Notes: generated by a model from the letters alone, not told the origin. 64,000 nt of DNA from Octopus vulgaris (GCA_951406725.2 OX597825.1:64356001-64420000), one strand, 5' to 3'; shown: positions 12,171-27,327, numbered from the stretch's first letter. Numbers and translations are program-made.

Positions 12171-12909
12171 TTGCAACTCACATTGCATAATATTTCGTGA
12201 TTCGCCAAACCTATTTCTAAATAATTCTATGAGAATGTTCCCTCACTACAAGCAACACATTTATAACACAATTTATAACTGTATAGACGCTAATAAGAAA
12301 TAATTTATCCAAAATCATTAATATTATCGTGACATTAGTCTTTACCGAGGTATTTTTTTGGTTTTGATAGTTCGGTGGTCGCAAAAGCTTGTTCATAAAC
12401 GATGGAAATTATGTTTTGATTTGTGTATTCTGTATTCCATATACTTCAATAAATTTTTATAGCTGTTCTGTTGATGGACAATTTAGACAATAATGACAAC
12501 TATTAGTCAATGGTTGTAATTGAAGATGGAAGTGAAATTAAATGGACTCCATTAAATACCATAAGATAATCAAGCCGACATTCTAATATTTATGGCGCCA
12601 CACTTGAGTCGGTGTTCTTATATTCCTGTCACCAGAGCCCTTGAGTAATTTTAATAATGATTGATGGTGTATTTTTGCCCCCAAAAGCAACAAATATCGA
12701 AGTAAGGACACAATTCTTCACTGAGATATATCTTAGCATGTCAGGCAACTTGAAGGGTAAAAGAGATGTTAGTTGCCCTGCATCTTAAAAGTTGTTGCTA
12801 AAATATTGTAAAGTATTGAATATATTTGTAAATGAACTTTCTATTGGAAGGGATGGATTATAATCAACACAATACACTAAATAGATCCGACAGTATAGTA
12901 AAGCTGCCA

Positions 12910-13150
12910 GGGCGCGTTATCTATTGATTAGAGTGTTGCAGTCGCAATCAGGAGATCGTGCTTCGATTTGCAAACCGTGCAGGGTGATGTGTTCTTGAGC
13001 TAATCACTTCGTTTCACTTTGCTCTAGTTCACTCAACTGTAAATCAGTGATACTGCGTGGGGCTAATGTACCGTCCAGGAGAAATGAGTTTATCTCCGGG
13101 ACTTATGTTCCATGGGAACTAGGCAACCGGCTCTATGAGTACTAAGAGCC
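12910..13150 (+). mobile_element. SINE family C, degenerate
   Basis: tgtgttcttgagc..cacttc.tttcac..tgctc.agttcactca CORE-like block. Confidence 0.65.
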
Positions 13151-13186
13151 GTGGCAATAATGTCCAGGGCACATACATTACTTTAT

Positions 13187-13356
13187 TGAGTGGCTGTGTG
13201 GTAAGTAGCTTCCTTACGAACCACATGGTTTTGGGTTCAGTTCCGCTGCATGGTACCTTGGGCAAGTGTCTTCTACTATAGCTTCGGGCCGACCAAAGCC
13301 GTGTGAGTAGATTTGGTAGACGGAACAGGAAAGAGGCCCGTCGTATATATGCATAA

Positions 13357-13400
<44 letters not shown>

Positions 13401-13653
13401 CTGTGTTTGTGTGTGTGTGCGCGTGCTCGTATGTGTGTATGTTTATGTGTCTGTGTTTTTCCCCCCAACATCGCTTGACAACCTATGCTGGTGTATTTAC
13501 GTCCCCGTAATATAGTGGTTCGGCAAAAGAGACCTATAGAATAAGTACTAGGCTTCCAAAGAATAAGTCCTGGGGTCGATTTGCTCGACTAAAAGCCAGT
13601 GCCCCAGCATGGCCACAGTCAAATGACTGAAACAAGTAGAAGAGTAAAAGAGT
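13187..13653 (+). mobile_element. SINE family B
   Basis: Same head, internal (TG)n and gagtaaaagag tail. Confidence 0.9.
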
Positions 13654-14439
13654 ATATTAATTTAAGAATATATGTTATCAACCAAAAGTTAATGCAGACA
13701 GTTTCAAAAGTATTTCAGCACTAATACATTGAAACAGAACAATATCCCGTAAAACTTATAATACTGCAGCTTAAAACTCGGCATTCACGAACCACTAAAA
13801 CTATTGTGACTTAATTGTTTTCACTCCTATGTTTATTACCCACTCTCTTTATCCCATTCACTTTTAATTTGTTTAATATTCATTCGACGACGAAAGCAAC
13901 ATCCTATATCATCAGACAAATAATTTACCGTACAAAATATCGCCCTTAAAACGTAAAACAAATACAAAACAACGACGAAACGTCTATGCATTCAAAAACA
14001 GACAGTTAATACAGGAAAGTTACTTATTTTATTGTTGTTCGCAGTCTTCTTCAATGAAGTAAACATCTCTAGAACAACACCCATCGCATTTCCTTGTCTT
14101 GCCAACCGTATTTATTGTTTCTGGTATTATCGCTGATTTTACCGATTGCGTTTCCCCCATTTATTATTGGCAGCACATTCGCTTGTACGATAATTAGTCC
14201 ATCGTATTTCGTTAGCTTAATTACTACTTGCTACTTACTGTTTCGTTGTTTTAGATTACAACACAGCAAATTATCTTCACACATACATACACAAACACAT
14301 ATATATAGACACATGTATATATATATATATTGTGTGTGTGTATGTGTGTGTGTGTATGTGTGTCTGTGCGTATACATATATGTGCATGTATGCATGTGTA
14401 TACATAAGTGTGGTATGTGTGTGCATATCTGAGCATATA

Positions 14440-14900
<461 letters not shown>

Positions 14901-15462
14901 ACAATCACACACATTCCCATATAAATACATGTGTTTGTGTGTGCGTGTACTTCACTTCGTGTGTTCTATATTTGGATACACTGAAATGGAACGTGGGTGT
15001 GTAATTTTTTCTTTATTTCTGCTATCATGTTTGAACGCATCACACTACAAATGGTAATTTTGATCACCATTCCTACTAAATTGCTGTCTCTAATTTTCGT
15101 TTATGTTTTGTTTTTATTTATAATTTACTTTTGTTTATAATTTCGCTCAAAAGTTCGTCCGTTTTCACTTAATTCCACTATGGCATTTGAAGTTTTTGGT
15201 ATGTACTGGCGGTAAATAATTGCAGTAAACTTTCTTTGATTGTTTATTTATACAACCACAAGAATATTAACATTAGCTATCCGGTTTTCCTTCTTTTGGA
15301 CGTTCTTTCAATTAATTTATTCGTTATTACTTCTGCCTAGGCCATAGACATGCACGTTCGCATTTACACAAACAAAAATACACATGCATACCTGTATATA
15401 CATGCATATTCCTTTTTTCTTTTATACTTTTCACACCAAAAGTTGTGGGCTTGTTGGAGTAC

Positions 15463-15694
15463 CTATTTCTTTATTACCCACAATGGGCTAAACACAGAGG
15501 GGACAAACAAGGACAGACATAGGTATTAAGTCGATTACATCGCCCCCAGTGCGTAACTGGTACTTAATTTATCGACCCCGAAAGGATGAAAGGCAAAGTC
15601 GACCTCGGCGGAATTTGAACTCAGAACGTAGCAGCAGACGAAATACGACTAAGCATTTCGCCCGGCGTGCTAACGTTTCTGCCAGCTCGCCGCC
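15463..15694 (-). mobile_element. SINE family A, full-length young copy with 11-bp TSD
   Basis: Complete head to tail. TSD tgttggagtac at 15452-15462 and 15695-15705. Confidence 0.92.
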
Positions 15695-15967
15695 TGTTGG
15701 AGTACAGCCAGTTTAAACATCTTTTCAGTGGCCATCCTTATGCAATTGGCTATTGGAGACGAGGGTGTTCGACACTGCTGCGCTGTCTTCAGATTCTTGC
15801 TGTGATTTATCTGGGAACGTGGACAGCAAGAGTTCAAGTTACATCTTGGAAACATCTCTTACTCCATAGCGGTCTCTCAGATGTCTTGGCAAGTCATTTA
15901 ATAGATGTGGTCTCTTGAATCCCACATTATTACAGTACATTGTCCTCATTCCAGGCGGGATACCTGG

Positions 15968-16005
<38 letters not shown>

Positions 16006-16009
16006 AATG

Positions 16010-16252
16010 TTCCTTCTCGAGCCATGCCAGGCTCATAAGGGCCAGTTTCCCGGTTTCAGTGGCGTAGAAATCCCCCACTTGGACGGGACGCCGGTCCGTC
16101 GCAGGATTACTCATTTTTGCCAGCTGAGTGAACTGGAGCAACGTGAAAATGAAGTATTTTGCTAAAGAACACAACACATCGTCCGGTCTAGGAATCGAAA
16201 CCACAACCTTACGATCATGATTTCAACATCCTAACCACTAAGCCACGCCCCT
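16010..16252 (-). mobile_element. SINE family C
   Basis: tRNA-like head, CORE-like block, cctgcgacggaccggcgtcccgtcc block. Confidence 0.85.
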
Positions 16253-16647
16253 TCACACACAACTATATACTGGCCTTTTAAGTAACTTCAGTGTCTAATT
16301 TGTGATGTTTTACGCATATCTTTTTATATGGCTATGTACATATCTGTGGTTTTGTGTGTATATATATACCTGTATGTGATAGTGTCTGTCTATCTGTCCG
16401 TGTGTCTGTTTGTATGTCTCTCTTGTTTTTAATTATTTGAATTCTTCCTTTATAGAAGGAATTGGTCACTAACAAAGATACAAATCTCCATCAGTGGAAT
16501 GTAGATAACAAAAACACAATGTTGCATTTGAAACCTGAGAAAAGTCTTGCATAGTTTAACTATTACACCAGCAGATTGTCTTCTTAATGTGCTAATCAGG
16601 TGATTTCTTTTTCTGAAAATTCAAATGCATGTATGTATATACGTATA

Positions 16648-16948
16648 AAATACAGTGTACATTTAAACACATAAGGAATCCACTCGTGGGATTCAAGATG
16701 CCAGAAAGAACAGCTAGGTTCAATAACCACAAAATTAGGAATAAAATTACGACAGGACCAAAATGAAAAAATATAAGCTTTTACCATCTAGTTGGTAAAA
16801 ATAAAAACCATCTTGATGGTAAAAGTTTTTATATTTTCATTTTGTTAAATTTTATCCCTAATTTTGTGGTTATTGAACCTATCTGTTCTTTCTAGCATGT
16901 TGAATCCCACGAGTGGATTCCTTATGTGTTTAAATGTACATTGTATTT
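16648..16948. mobile_element. 300-bp palindromic MITE-like element
   Basis: Arms aaatacagtgtacatttaaacacataaggaatccactcgtgggattcaa... and ...ttgaatcccacgagtggattccttatgtgtttaaatgtacattgtattt. Can be read as TA|CAGTG...CATTG|TA. Confidence 0.75.
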
Positions 16949-17044
16949 AATGAGTAATACATAAACTTTGGACTAAATTTTTACACACTAGGCAACTGGA
17001 AGTGAACATTTCAATTAATTTCCATTTCCCTTCGATATGATTAG

Positions 17045-17617
17045 GTATGTACATACGTATGTATGTATGCATGTATGTATGTATGTATGAATATGTACGT
17101 ATGTATGTACGTATGCATGTATGTATGTATGTATGTATGTATGTATGCATGCATGCATGTATGTATGTATGCATGCATGTATGTATGTATGTATGTATGC
17201 ATGCATGTATGTATGTATGTATGTATGTATGTATGCATGCATGTATGTATGTATGTATGCATGTATGTATGTATGCATGCATGTATGTATGTATGTATGC
17301 ATGTATGTATGTATGTATGTATGTATGTATGTATGTATGTATGTATGTATGTATGTATGTATGCATGTATGTATGTATGCATGTATGTATGTATGTATGT
17401 ATGTATGCATGTATGTATGTATGTATGTATGTATGTATGTATGTATGTATGCATGTATGTATGCATGTATGTATGTATGTATGCATGTATGTATGTATGC
17501 ATGCATGTATGTATGTATGTATGTATGTATGCATGTATGTATGTATGTATGTATGTATATGCATGTATGTATGTATGTATGTATGTATATATGTATGTAT
17601 GTATGCATGTATGTATG

Positions 17618-17649
<32 letters not shown>

Positions 17650-17760
17650 CATGTATGTATGCATGTATGTATGTATGCATGTATGTATGTATATATGTAT
17701 GTATGTATGTATGCATGCATGCATGTATGTATGTATGTATGTATGTATGCATGCATATAT
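17045..17760. repeat. (GTAT)n/(GCAT)n tetranucleotide array
   Basis: Read directly. Confidence 0.97.
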
Positions 17761-18899
17761 GCCTAACCTCTTCCTACCTAGTCGATGAACTTAGAAATTA
17801 ACTGATTTGTTGCTCTTGACGATTGCCTTTATTTCATTTCACTTATACTCCAAATATCCAAATCTCAAATATGATTTTCCTTTTCAAAGCTATAGTGTTA
17901 AAATACATCTTTATTGATTTTGATTGTATAATAAAACAATACTGTATTGAAAATATCTACATACCATACGGCGGCAGCTCAAAAATTTGATAATATCTAT
18001 TTGGTGATATCTATGTTGATAGACGGGTCATATCATTTTGTGTGCATAACAGCTATTTTGTTTCTGTCAGCAGTCAGCATTTTAAAATCTGATATTTCCG
18101 GGGAAAGAGATTATGCGCAAAATATTTCGGCAAACATTATATTCTGTATTATATCAAAAGAGATTTCGTACATTTTCATTCAGTATATTAACTCAAAGTC
18201 ATTAATCTTCACTTTCTCGGAAAATAAAAACCAGCCTATAGAAATATCTGCCTGCTATGTAAACAGGTTCTAAATGTAGAACAGATTTCCTTGACCAGAT
18301 GTCTATATGTTTCATTGGTAAGGTGATATCTTTGCCCTAACAAACTGATATGTTAAATAGCTGGATAATCCAGGCTGAATCTATAGCAGCATTTCACAGA
18401 GAATCTTTATGTATCCTTAGCATTCATCATTGCTTTATGCTTACAAAGTGTTAAGCAATTCTCTTTCCGTATAGACAGAACCTTGCTCTGTTGTTTTGGC
18501 TGGAAGCTGATAATTTATGCTGGGTGATTCGATGACCGCTGTATTGTAAAGACTGAAACAAATGTGTCAATTCTATAATGCTTACAGCACGCACTGCTAA
18601 GATTTATATAACTCAAGCTAGATAATTAGAAATGGAAAATTACGACTTCTCAAAATATAGTGTCATCCAATTGATATATGATCTGCACTAGGGTATCCGA
18701 TCTGTTAGAAATAGTAGTTAAAGTTACCAAATATGTAATCTGAATGTTACAGAGTAAAATTATGCCTCAGAAATTATCGGTATTATTATAAATTTAAAAC
18801 ATGTGTTTATACGTCTACGAGATCTAGTTTGACCGGGGGCTACATCGATTGAAAAATCATAGTCAGCACCTCAACACTAAAGTCATTTCTATCGATAAA

Positions 18900-19110
18900 T
18901 ACGCAGCAAGTTTGTTGCAAAATCGATAAGGTGTCCGAAGAAATGCTTTCAGTATATCTTGAAGCTCTTAACGTTTAGTTTGTAACCGAGTCAACTCATC
19001 TTTTCATCCGTCAAGAGTCAATAAAATACACTACAATTCAAGTACTGAGGTCGACTTAATCGACTAACTTCCTTCCCTAAGAATTGCTGAGATCTTACCA
19101 AATTCAGAGA
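18900..19110 (+). mobile_element. SINE family A, old copy
   Basis: Decayed head plus ttttcatccgtcaagagtcaataaaata...ggtcgacttaatcgact. Confidence 0.55.
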
Positions 19111-20211
19111 GTACTTATATCAATGGTTGTCACACCGAACAGTGGTACTAACTTTCGGATGACGTAAAATATTGTGAGGTGGCAAATAGCGGGGTGTCAC
19201 AGCGTATGCTTAGTACTCAGATTAAATGCAAAACAAGGAAAAACATGAGAGGAAAGGAGGAAAAAAAGATAAATATTTCTTCAGTAAATACTGACTGAAA
19301 ATATATTCTAATAATAAAAAAGTAAACAAGTAATAGAAAAGAGGAGACACCATGGGAGTGGTGGAATGAGGCGAAGGAAATGAAACATTCCGAAAACATT
19401 CTGTTTCTGATTGCTTCTGTTTAAAAGTGATCTACACCAAATCTTTCTATCGCTTTTTCTTTTTTTTTTTATTTATATTTTAAATACCAATTTAACAATA
19501 TGCCATGATGTTTTTCTTTCTGAAATTCTTTGTAATTTTCAAACGTTAATTAAAAAAAAGTTGCACATGTGAAATAAATGGTTTAGAAATACATTACAAA
19601 GAAGCAGTTTTTAAGTCAATGAATATAATAGAAATAGCATAAGAACATGTAAAATAAGAATGTTTACAATAAATATAAATACTACACAAAAAAGTGAAAA
19701 TTTATGCAAAAACATGAAATAGAGTAAAAACAGATATGTCAGTAAAATTCTATTGACGAAAACAAATATATTCATTTTCCTGGTCATTGAAATAATAAAC
19801 AAGGGAACATGCGACAGTTTAATAATGTCTATTTTTTTTTCTGTCTCGTGGGAAATTAGCTACCAAAGATCCTTTGGCAAAAGAATTGATGTAGGACGAT
19901 TTATAAGTATATATGAGCGATTGTGTATGTCTATGTGCGTGCGGTCGTGCTTATGTGTGTGTGTATATGTGTGTATGTGTGCTCATGTGTCTTCGTGTGA
20001 CCAACACGAATTAGTAGCAAGAGGAAAACATGAAGGATATTGCAAGTCATTAATTAAGTAAAGAAATTATATTGTTTAGTCAAATGCTTTGTAATATTTT
20101 GGTAACTTATGTGCTCTTTTCGTTAAGTTAAAATAAAGGCAGCCTAGTGTACTGGCTATAGTCTTGTGCCATCTGAAGCCACCTTTTTTTATTAGTTCTT
20201 TGAATCCATAT

Positions 20212-20428
20212 TCTTTTACTCTTTTACTTATTTCAGTCATTTGACTGCGGCCATGCTGGAGCACCGCCTTTAGTCGAGCAAATAGACCCCAGGATTGTAA
20301 ACCTACTACTTATTATATCGGTCTCTTTTGCCGAACCGCTAATTTACGGGGACGTAAACATACTAGCATCGGTTGACAAGTAATGTTGGGGGGACAAACA
20401 CAGACACGCAAACACACACACACACACA

Positions 20429-20484
<56 letters not shown>

Positions 20485-20637
20485 TACGACGGGCTTCTTT
20501 CAGTTTCTGCCTACCAAATCCACTCACAAGGCTTTAATAGAGGCTATAGTAGAAGACACTTGCCCGAAGTCCCACGCAGTGAGACTGAACCCGGGACCAT
20601 GTGGTTCGTAAGCAAGATACCTACCAAGCAGCCACTC
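20212..20637 (-). mobile_element. SINE family B
   Basis: Same head, tail and internal (CA)(TA)n. Confidence 0.9.
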
Positions 20638-21689
20638 TTGTTGATGCTGGTTCTTGTCCTTCGAGGTGAAGGAAATTCTTCACCGAATTTTCCACTACTT
20701 TTTCGCTGATAGAGAGTCGTGAGCGCACGAAATGACCCATGAATCGGAAAAGGTAATAATCCAAGTGAGATATTTTTCAGCTACCCTAACGTGCCTAAGC
20801 AATGGTTATGCAAGGACCAGCATCCGAAACGTGGGCCAGAACGGCCACGAATCTCGGGTCTCAGGCAGTGCTTATCCGATGAACAGTAACGCGTGTGGAA
20901 TAATTGGTACCACAGTAGATTTTTGTCATAGCGCGTATGTATTAAGTACGGTTTCTCATCATGGTACGGTAGCGTGCTTCGAGAAATCCCGGACGATTTC
21001 GGTAAAACCTAATGTGAAAATATTACTTCGGTGGGGTTGTACCTTTCCAATTCAGCTCCATCCACAGTAAAAGCAGTCTTACCGTGATTAGGTAGCACTC
21101 TTACTGTGATTAGTTGAATTTCTTCATTTTGACATTCAGAGCACCGAGTAGAAATCACATCGTGTCTGTGCGGGTCAGCTGACTGCGTGATACTCTGCTT
21201 TGATTAAACAATTGGATTCCTCAGTTCTGTTCCAGTTCCGAGACGACCGCTGGCCGCCGGTCGATATGCTTGCCCATATGTGGTGGAACGGCGACCGAAC
21301 CCATTAAAGGAATGACCGACTTACCGCCGGACACGAAGCCGGCATCAGCGATGCGGAAAAGCGTCGACGACTGCGATGTGAAGTCCGACCTCCGTAAGCT
21401 GAAGTCGACCGCGAACAAGGTTTCCTCCCGCTTCACGCGAAGCAAATATGAATATACTTTTAAACATATAGTTTTAAGTTCAGGTTATTAAAGTAAAAGA
21501 AAACAAACGAAATTTATTATATCTATTATTTTGAAATACTTATGCATATTGATCTGATATGTATTCAATCTGTTTCATTTGACATGCTTAAGAAAATGAC
21601 CATATTTTAAGGACAATGATAATTTTTATACCATCACATTAACATACACTGACTCAACAGTTTGGTTGGGCTCCATGCACACTGGCACC

Positions 21690-22000
21690 ACAGCAGGGAT
21701 GAGGGGAAACATGTATATTTTGTGTGTGTGCAAGGTGTTTGTAAATACAATAACATCATATACATAGATAAGACATCCAGGAGCATTGCGGAAAGACTAA
21801 ATGACCGTCTGACACAACATGACGAAAAAAAGCAGTCCTCCATACTGTACCAACATGCCAAAGACCGACATGGAGTCAACCTGGATCACATTGGCATCCG
21901 CATTTTATCCAAGCACCCGAAGGACCCAACACTCAGACAAATACAGTAGTCCTCATAAATGCAACATCCCCAGTTATAAATAGGGAATATACGTAGTAGG
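21690..22000 (+). pseudogene. GIY-YIG endonuclease fragment of a different PLE lineage
   Basis: HVY...C..C....YIDKTSRSIAER...H....SSILYQH...H....IRILSKHPKDPTLRQ, then a P.IN-like motif. Ends just before (TA)n at 22028. Confidence 0.7.
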
Positions 22001-22022
22001 TAGTCATACCCCTATGCCCCCA

Positions 22023-22096
<74 letters not shown>

Positions 22097-22464
22097 TATT
22101 TTTTTATTTTTATTTTATCTAGTTTCAGCTCACGAGCTGTGGCCATGCTGGGGCACCACCATAATATTAGAAAAAACCCACCGTTTATCAATTCAAAATG
22201 AATAATTAAATTACACCATCTAGAAAATTGCATATAATAGAAAAATTAAAATTAAAATAACAATTAAAATGTAAAGATTAAGTAAATTACAAAAATAATA
22301 TAATGTATATAATAGGTAGAAAAACGACACATGTTATATCTAAATTAAATTCTTTTTCCTTGTAAGTTTGGATTTTATTCCCTCAAATAATAATTATATA
22401 TATATATATATTTCCAGATATTATAAAGAAGAGAGTGGAGTGAATGATATGATCACAGAATAAT

Positions 22465-22610
22465 GAAAACACAACTACCACTGGGTCAGACATGTTGCAA
22501 GTCCTCCAGACAACAGGACTGCTTCTGCTGGGGTCAAGTGGGATCCAGGGGGTAAGAAAAGATCTCTTGGAACCCTCCACAACGATGGGAAGACTATTTA
22601 GTTAAGCGAT
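22465..22610 (+). mobile_element. RTE-clade LINE C-terminal fragment
   Basis: WVRHVA..PDNRT....KWDPGGKKRSLG..P.RWED resembles the RTE W.GHV.R...W.P..KR..GRP..RW.D tail. Confidence 0.6.
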
Positions 22611-23459
22611 TTGGTTGAAGATGGATAAGAATAAATTAAGACTGGATTGGAAGCTTGTAAACGCAAAATGACCAGTGATGTTCAATAGCATCTGAGTGTC
22701 TTATCGCTATTATGATACTCTGATATATAATGTAGGGAGGGGGGAGTATGACGTCATTAGGATCTATACACTTCCGAGAAAACGTGAAATAATTCTTTTT
22801 GGAGAATATTAGCTCTCGAGTTACGTAAGCCATAAATAATAGCATACGTATCTCTCTCCCCCCTCTCTCTCTATATATATATGTGTGTGTACGTGTGTGT
22901 GCATGTATGTACGTGTGTGTGCATGTGTGTATGTATGTGCGCGTATATATGTATATATATATATACACATATGTACATACATATATTCATATATATACAG
23001 GTACATATATTCATACGTATTATAAGTGTGTTTAAGTATGTTTATATTTATTTGTGTATATATCGGATTATGTGTGCGTCTATGTGTGTGTATGTCTATG
23101 CGTATGTGTGTGTGTGTGTCAGCCATATACATATATTCATAAAGACATACATACGTAAGTGTATATGCATTTCTGTTGTGCTTTTTGTGTGTCGCATTCA
23201 CATCTGTATGTGGATTATAGTTTTAAAGATAGAATAATGTGTAGCGAAATAAGATAAAAACCGCTAGATAGAATATTGATCGTATCAATCGAATATGTCT
23301 AATGATTTCTCTTTCCAAAGAACATGATATATATTCAGAGCTATCAACGATGTAATTGAAACGGCTATTGAAAAATTTATATTTTCATGATTTTGTTTTT
23401 GCTTTTATTGTTATCGTATTAATATTAACATTGTTTTCTTTATTATTAACATTCTGCGC

Positions 23460-23699
23460 CTTTTCTTCTTCTTCTTCTTCATCATCTTCTTCTTCTTCTT
23501 CTTCTTCTTCTTCTTCTTCTTCTTCTTCTTCTTCTTTTTCTTCTTCTTCTTCTTCTTCTTCTTCTTCTTCTTCTTCTTCTTCTAATTTTTCTTCTTCTTC
23601 TACTTCTTCTCCTTTTTTTTTTTCTCCTTCTTCTTCTTCTTCGACTTCTTTTTATTATCATTATTATCATCATTATTATTAATATTAATATTATTGTTA

Positions 23700-23776
<77 letters not shown>

Positions 23777-23830
23777 GTTGTTGTTATTATTATTGTTGTT
23801 GTTGTCGTTGTTACTAATATTGTTGTTCTT
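23460..23830. repeat. Compound (TCT)n-(TAT)n-(TGT)n microsatellite
   Basis: Read directly. Confidence 0.95.
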
Positions 23831-24465
23831 GTTTTTCCTATTGGTTTTGCTCGTTTAATTTCGTTTCCTACACTTGTTACGTGTTTCTTTTATTTTTGCT
23901 CTTACATTCTTAGTTTCTTTTGTTTTGTTTTGTGTGTAGTCTTGAACTTCTTACGTGGCTAACTAACTAACTGTATAAATATACATACGTACACACACAG
24001 ACACACTCATACACACACACACACACACACCTTCAATGAATACATACGTACGTACACATGTACACGTATACTTATATACATACGTACCTACATGCATACA
24101 TGCATTTACATAAACACATTCATACATGTATGCAAGTCTGTGTGTATAATTCTACATATTGCCTTTTTCAGTTCTTTACCAATGATCGTTACGTCTCGTT
24201 AATGTGTCAAATGTGTTTCGAAGAACGTTCAAGTGTTTCCAATAGATTCGATGAAGATCGAGTACCCGATTCACCAATATTGATTCCATCGTCACCATTT
24301 TTCTTATCACGAGCACTCCTGCCATTAATATTAATGCAGATTTTGATACAACTACACTACCGCCTCGTCTACAGCTCCACCATGACCACAAAGAATGGTG
24401 GTTATCAAAAAGTGCCATTACATGGTTACCTCTCTTGTAAAGCATAGCAGCTGATACAGCGCCAT

Positions 24466-24670
24466 AAGGCGGTGAGCAAGCAAAAGATTTAGCGAGCCGA
24501 GCAAAATGCTTGGCAGTATATCTTCCGTTTTTACATTCTGAGTTCAAAACCCCGCAAGATCGATTGTCTTTTGTCCTTTTGGGGTTGAAAAAATAAGTAC
24601 CAGGTGAGCACTGCGATGATATAATTGACTTTCATCCTTACCCACAATTGCTGTCATTGTGCCAAGATTT
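24466..24670 (+). mobile_element. SINE family A, old copy
   Basis: aaggcggtgag...aaatgcttggcagtat...ttctgagttcaaa...cctttggggttgaaaaaataagtaccag. Confidence 0.65.
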
Positions 24671-25899
24671 AAAGAAAAGCTAGCTATGTGCCAAAATTTG
24701 AAACCAACATAAAACCTTAATACCTTAAATACAGAGGTATACATAGGATAGTGCATACTTATATTACACAATACGGCGAAATGGTCATAAGCTAGCGTTA
24801 TTTTGCCACAAGTATGACTAAAAAGTGTTGATACAGTGCTAAACCAAGGAACCGTTGTGGTTTTTAACACTTACAATGCCACCAAAATTTACAATACATC
24901 ATTGACGCCACAATCTTCACTAACATAAATTATACAGTGACATTAATAAGCTTTAGCAATCTTCGATCGCAGCAAATCATCGTCATCGTCGTTGACGCTC
25001 TTACATCATCATCTATATCATTGTTGTCTTTGTTGTACTTATCGGTATCAATAACATTATCATCGTCGTCAGTAACAAGAGTCAGAAGAGCAAGTCCGAT
25101 CTATCTTGGATATCAAGGCAATGTACGATTTTGTCACCAACGATCTCAAACCACGAGACAACTACAGTATCTGACAAGCGTAAAAGAAATCACAGATTAA
25201 CATGAAACATGACAGCAGTAGTCACGCGGTGTTTCATTGCCAATAAATTAGGTTAATTTGAAACGGGGGCGAAAAGAATCGCCAAAAACTGCAATCGAAA
25301 ACCATTTTAATTCTATTTTATATATTTTCTAGTTTCCTAAGGGTTTCACAATCTTCAACTATATTGAGGGGGAAAAAAGAAATTTGCCGCTCCTACTCAT
25401 TAAGATCATAAACAACTCATGTTAACACCACATGAAATAAAATGCTTACGGTCTATTCGATGCAATATTGATTGGACTTCTACAAAAAATGTTCACCAAT
25501 TATTTTCGTTGCTATTTGCCATGTTTCAATAGGTACGCCATTATAACTTTGATCTACTCTGGTCTAATCCCAGATGCATCGTATTCTAAAAAACGTAACA
25601 CATACTCGATAGAGTACGCTATTTATCACAGTAAAGTGACTTAAATTAAAATTGCAAAACACTCACAATTACATTGCTCTGTAACATACACATATATGTA
25701 ATGAAATACGTATATATGAAATGCGTATGTATGAGTGTTAACGTGTATACATATCACATATAAATGCATATATATGTGTGTGTGTGTGTTGGGTGAGAAT
25801 GTATGTATATATATATATGCCGTGAGAGAGAGAGACATACGAAGATAGATACATACGTATGTATACAATGATCTATAACTTTGACAATGTATATCTATA

Positions 25900-25976
25900 T
25901 CTATCAATTCATTTATTCATACGTATATATATACATATATCTATACATTAAATGTATAACTATATATATACATATA

Positions 25977-26064
<88 letters not shown>

Positions 26065-26083
26065 TATAAATAAAATATATAGC

Positions 26084-26133
<50 letters not shown>

Positions 26134-26266
26134 TATATTTATATGTATGTATATATCTCTATATATACATGTACATCTATATACATATATATATATGTAC
26201 ACACACACACAAACACACAGAAACACACACAAACACACAGAAACACAGACACACACACACACACAG

Positions 26267-26333
<67 letters not shown>

Positions 26334-26360
26334 TATATGTATATTCATATACGTATGTAA
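25900..26360. repeat. (TA)n/(CA)n compound microsatellite
   Basis: Read directly. Confidence 0.95.
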
Positions 26361-27119
26361 GAATATAAATGTATATATAAATGTCTCTGTGTGTCTCTGT
26401 GTATGCGCATACGCATACGCAAATACGTATCGACATACATATACAAATACGAGCATAAACAGTAACAAACATCGATTGTTGCTTTTAAAGTGAGAGGCAA
26501 AAGTGTCTGCCGATGTGTGAAATATCTCAAATCAATAATGAAGTTTTCTACAAAGACTCAGTTATCTTTGCAGGTAGTTAGTAATGGATTAGATACTCAA
26601 TATCTGTTTTGTATTATCCGATTGTTGTTGTGGCTAACGTTCCTATTAAAGCGTTGTTTCCTATAACTTTCTTTCATTCCGACTTTTCGTCTTTCTTTCT
26701 TTCTTTCCTTCTTTCTTTCTTCCTTTCTTTTACTTTTTTCCTTATAATTCAATACTTTACTAATAAGCTGTTGCGGTTATTCACAAGTGGATTTTTTCTT
26801 TCTTTTTTTTCTGATGTGTAGACAGAACGCCAATAGGTAACGCCATAGAAAAACATGAAACATAGAAAATAGTCTTAATTTGCTAAACCAGTCTATAATT
26901 CATTATATGAATAAAATGCATTTATACATACCCATATCAAAATTCATATGTACACAAAATTAAACATAGACAGAGATATGCACACGGGTACTCATAATTA
27001 TATATGTGTGTGTATGTACATAGAGCAATTTAGGAAGATAGATTAGCATACGTTATTTGTATAGCTGTCTAGTTCCTTCCGTATTTATTTATCACACTTT
27101 TTCTCTATCTCTCCATTTC

Positions 27120-27198
<79 letters not shown>

Positions 27199-27226
27199 TG
27201 TATACACATATAATAGATAGATATAT

Positions 27227-27269
<43 letters not shown>

Positions 27270-27291
27270 CATATATATAGATATATATAAA

Positions 27292-27327
<36 letters not shown>

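Noticed and set aside
16947-17801. Six overlapping ~230-270 aa ORFs
   Set aside because: (GTAT)n array artefact.
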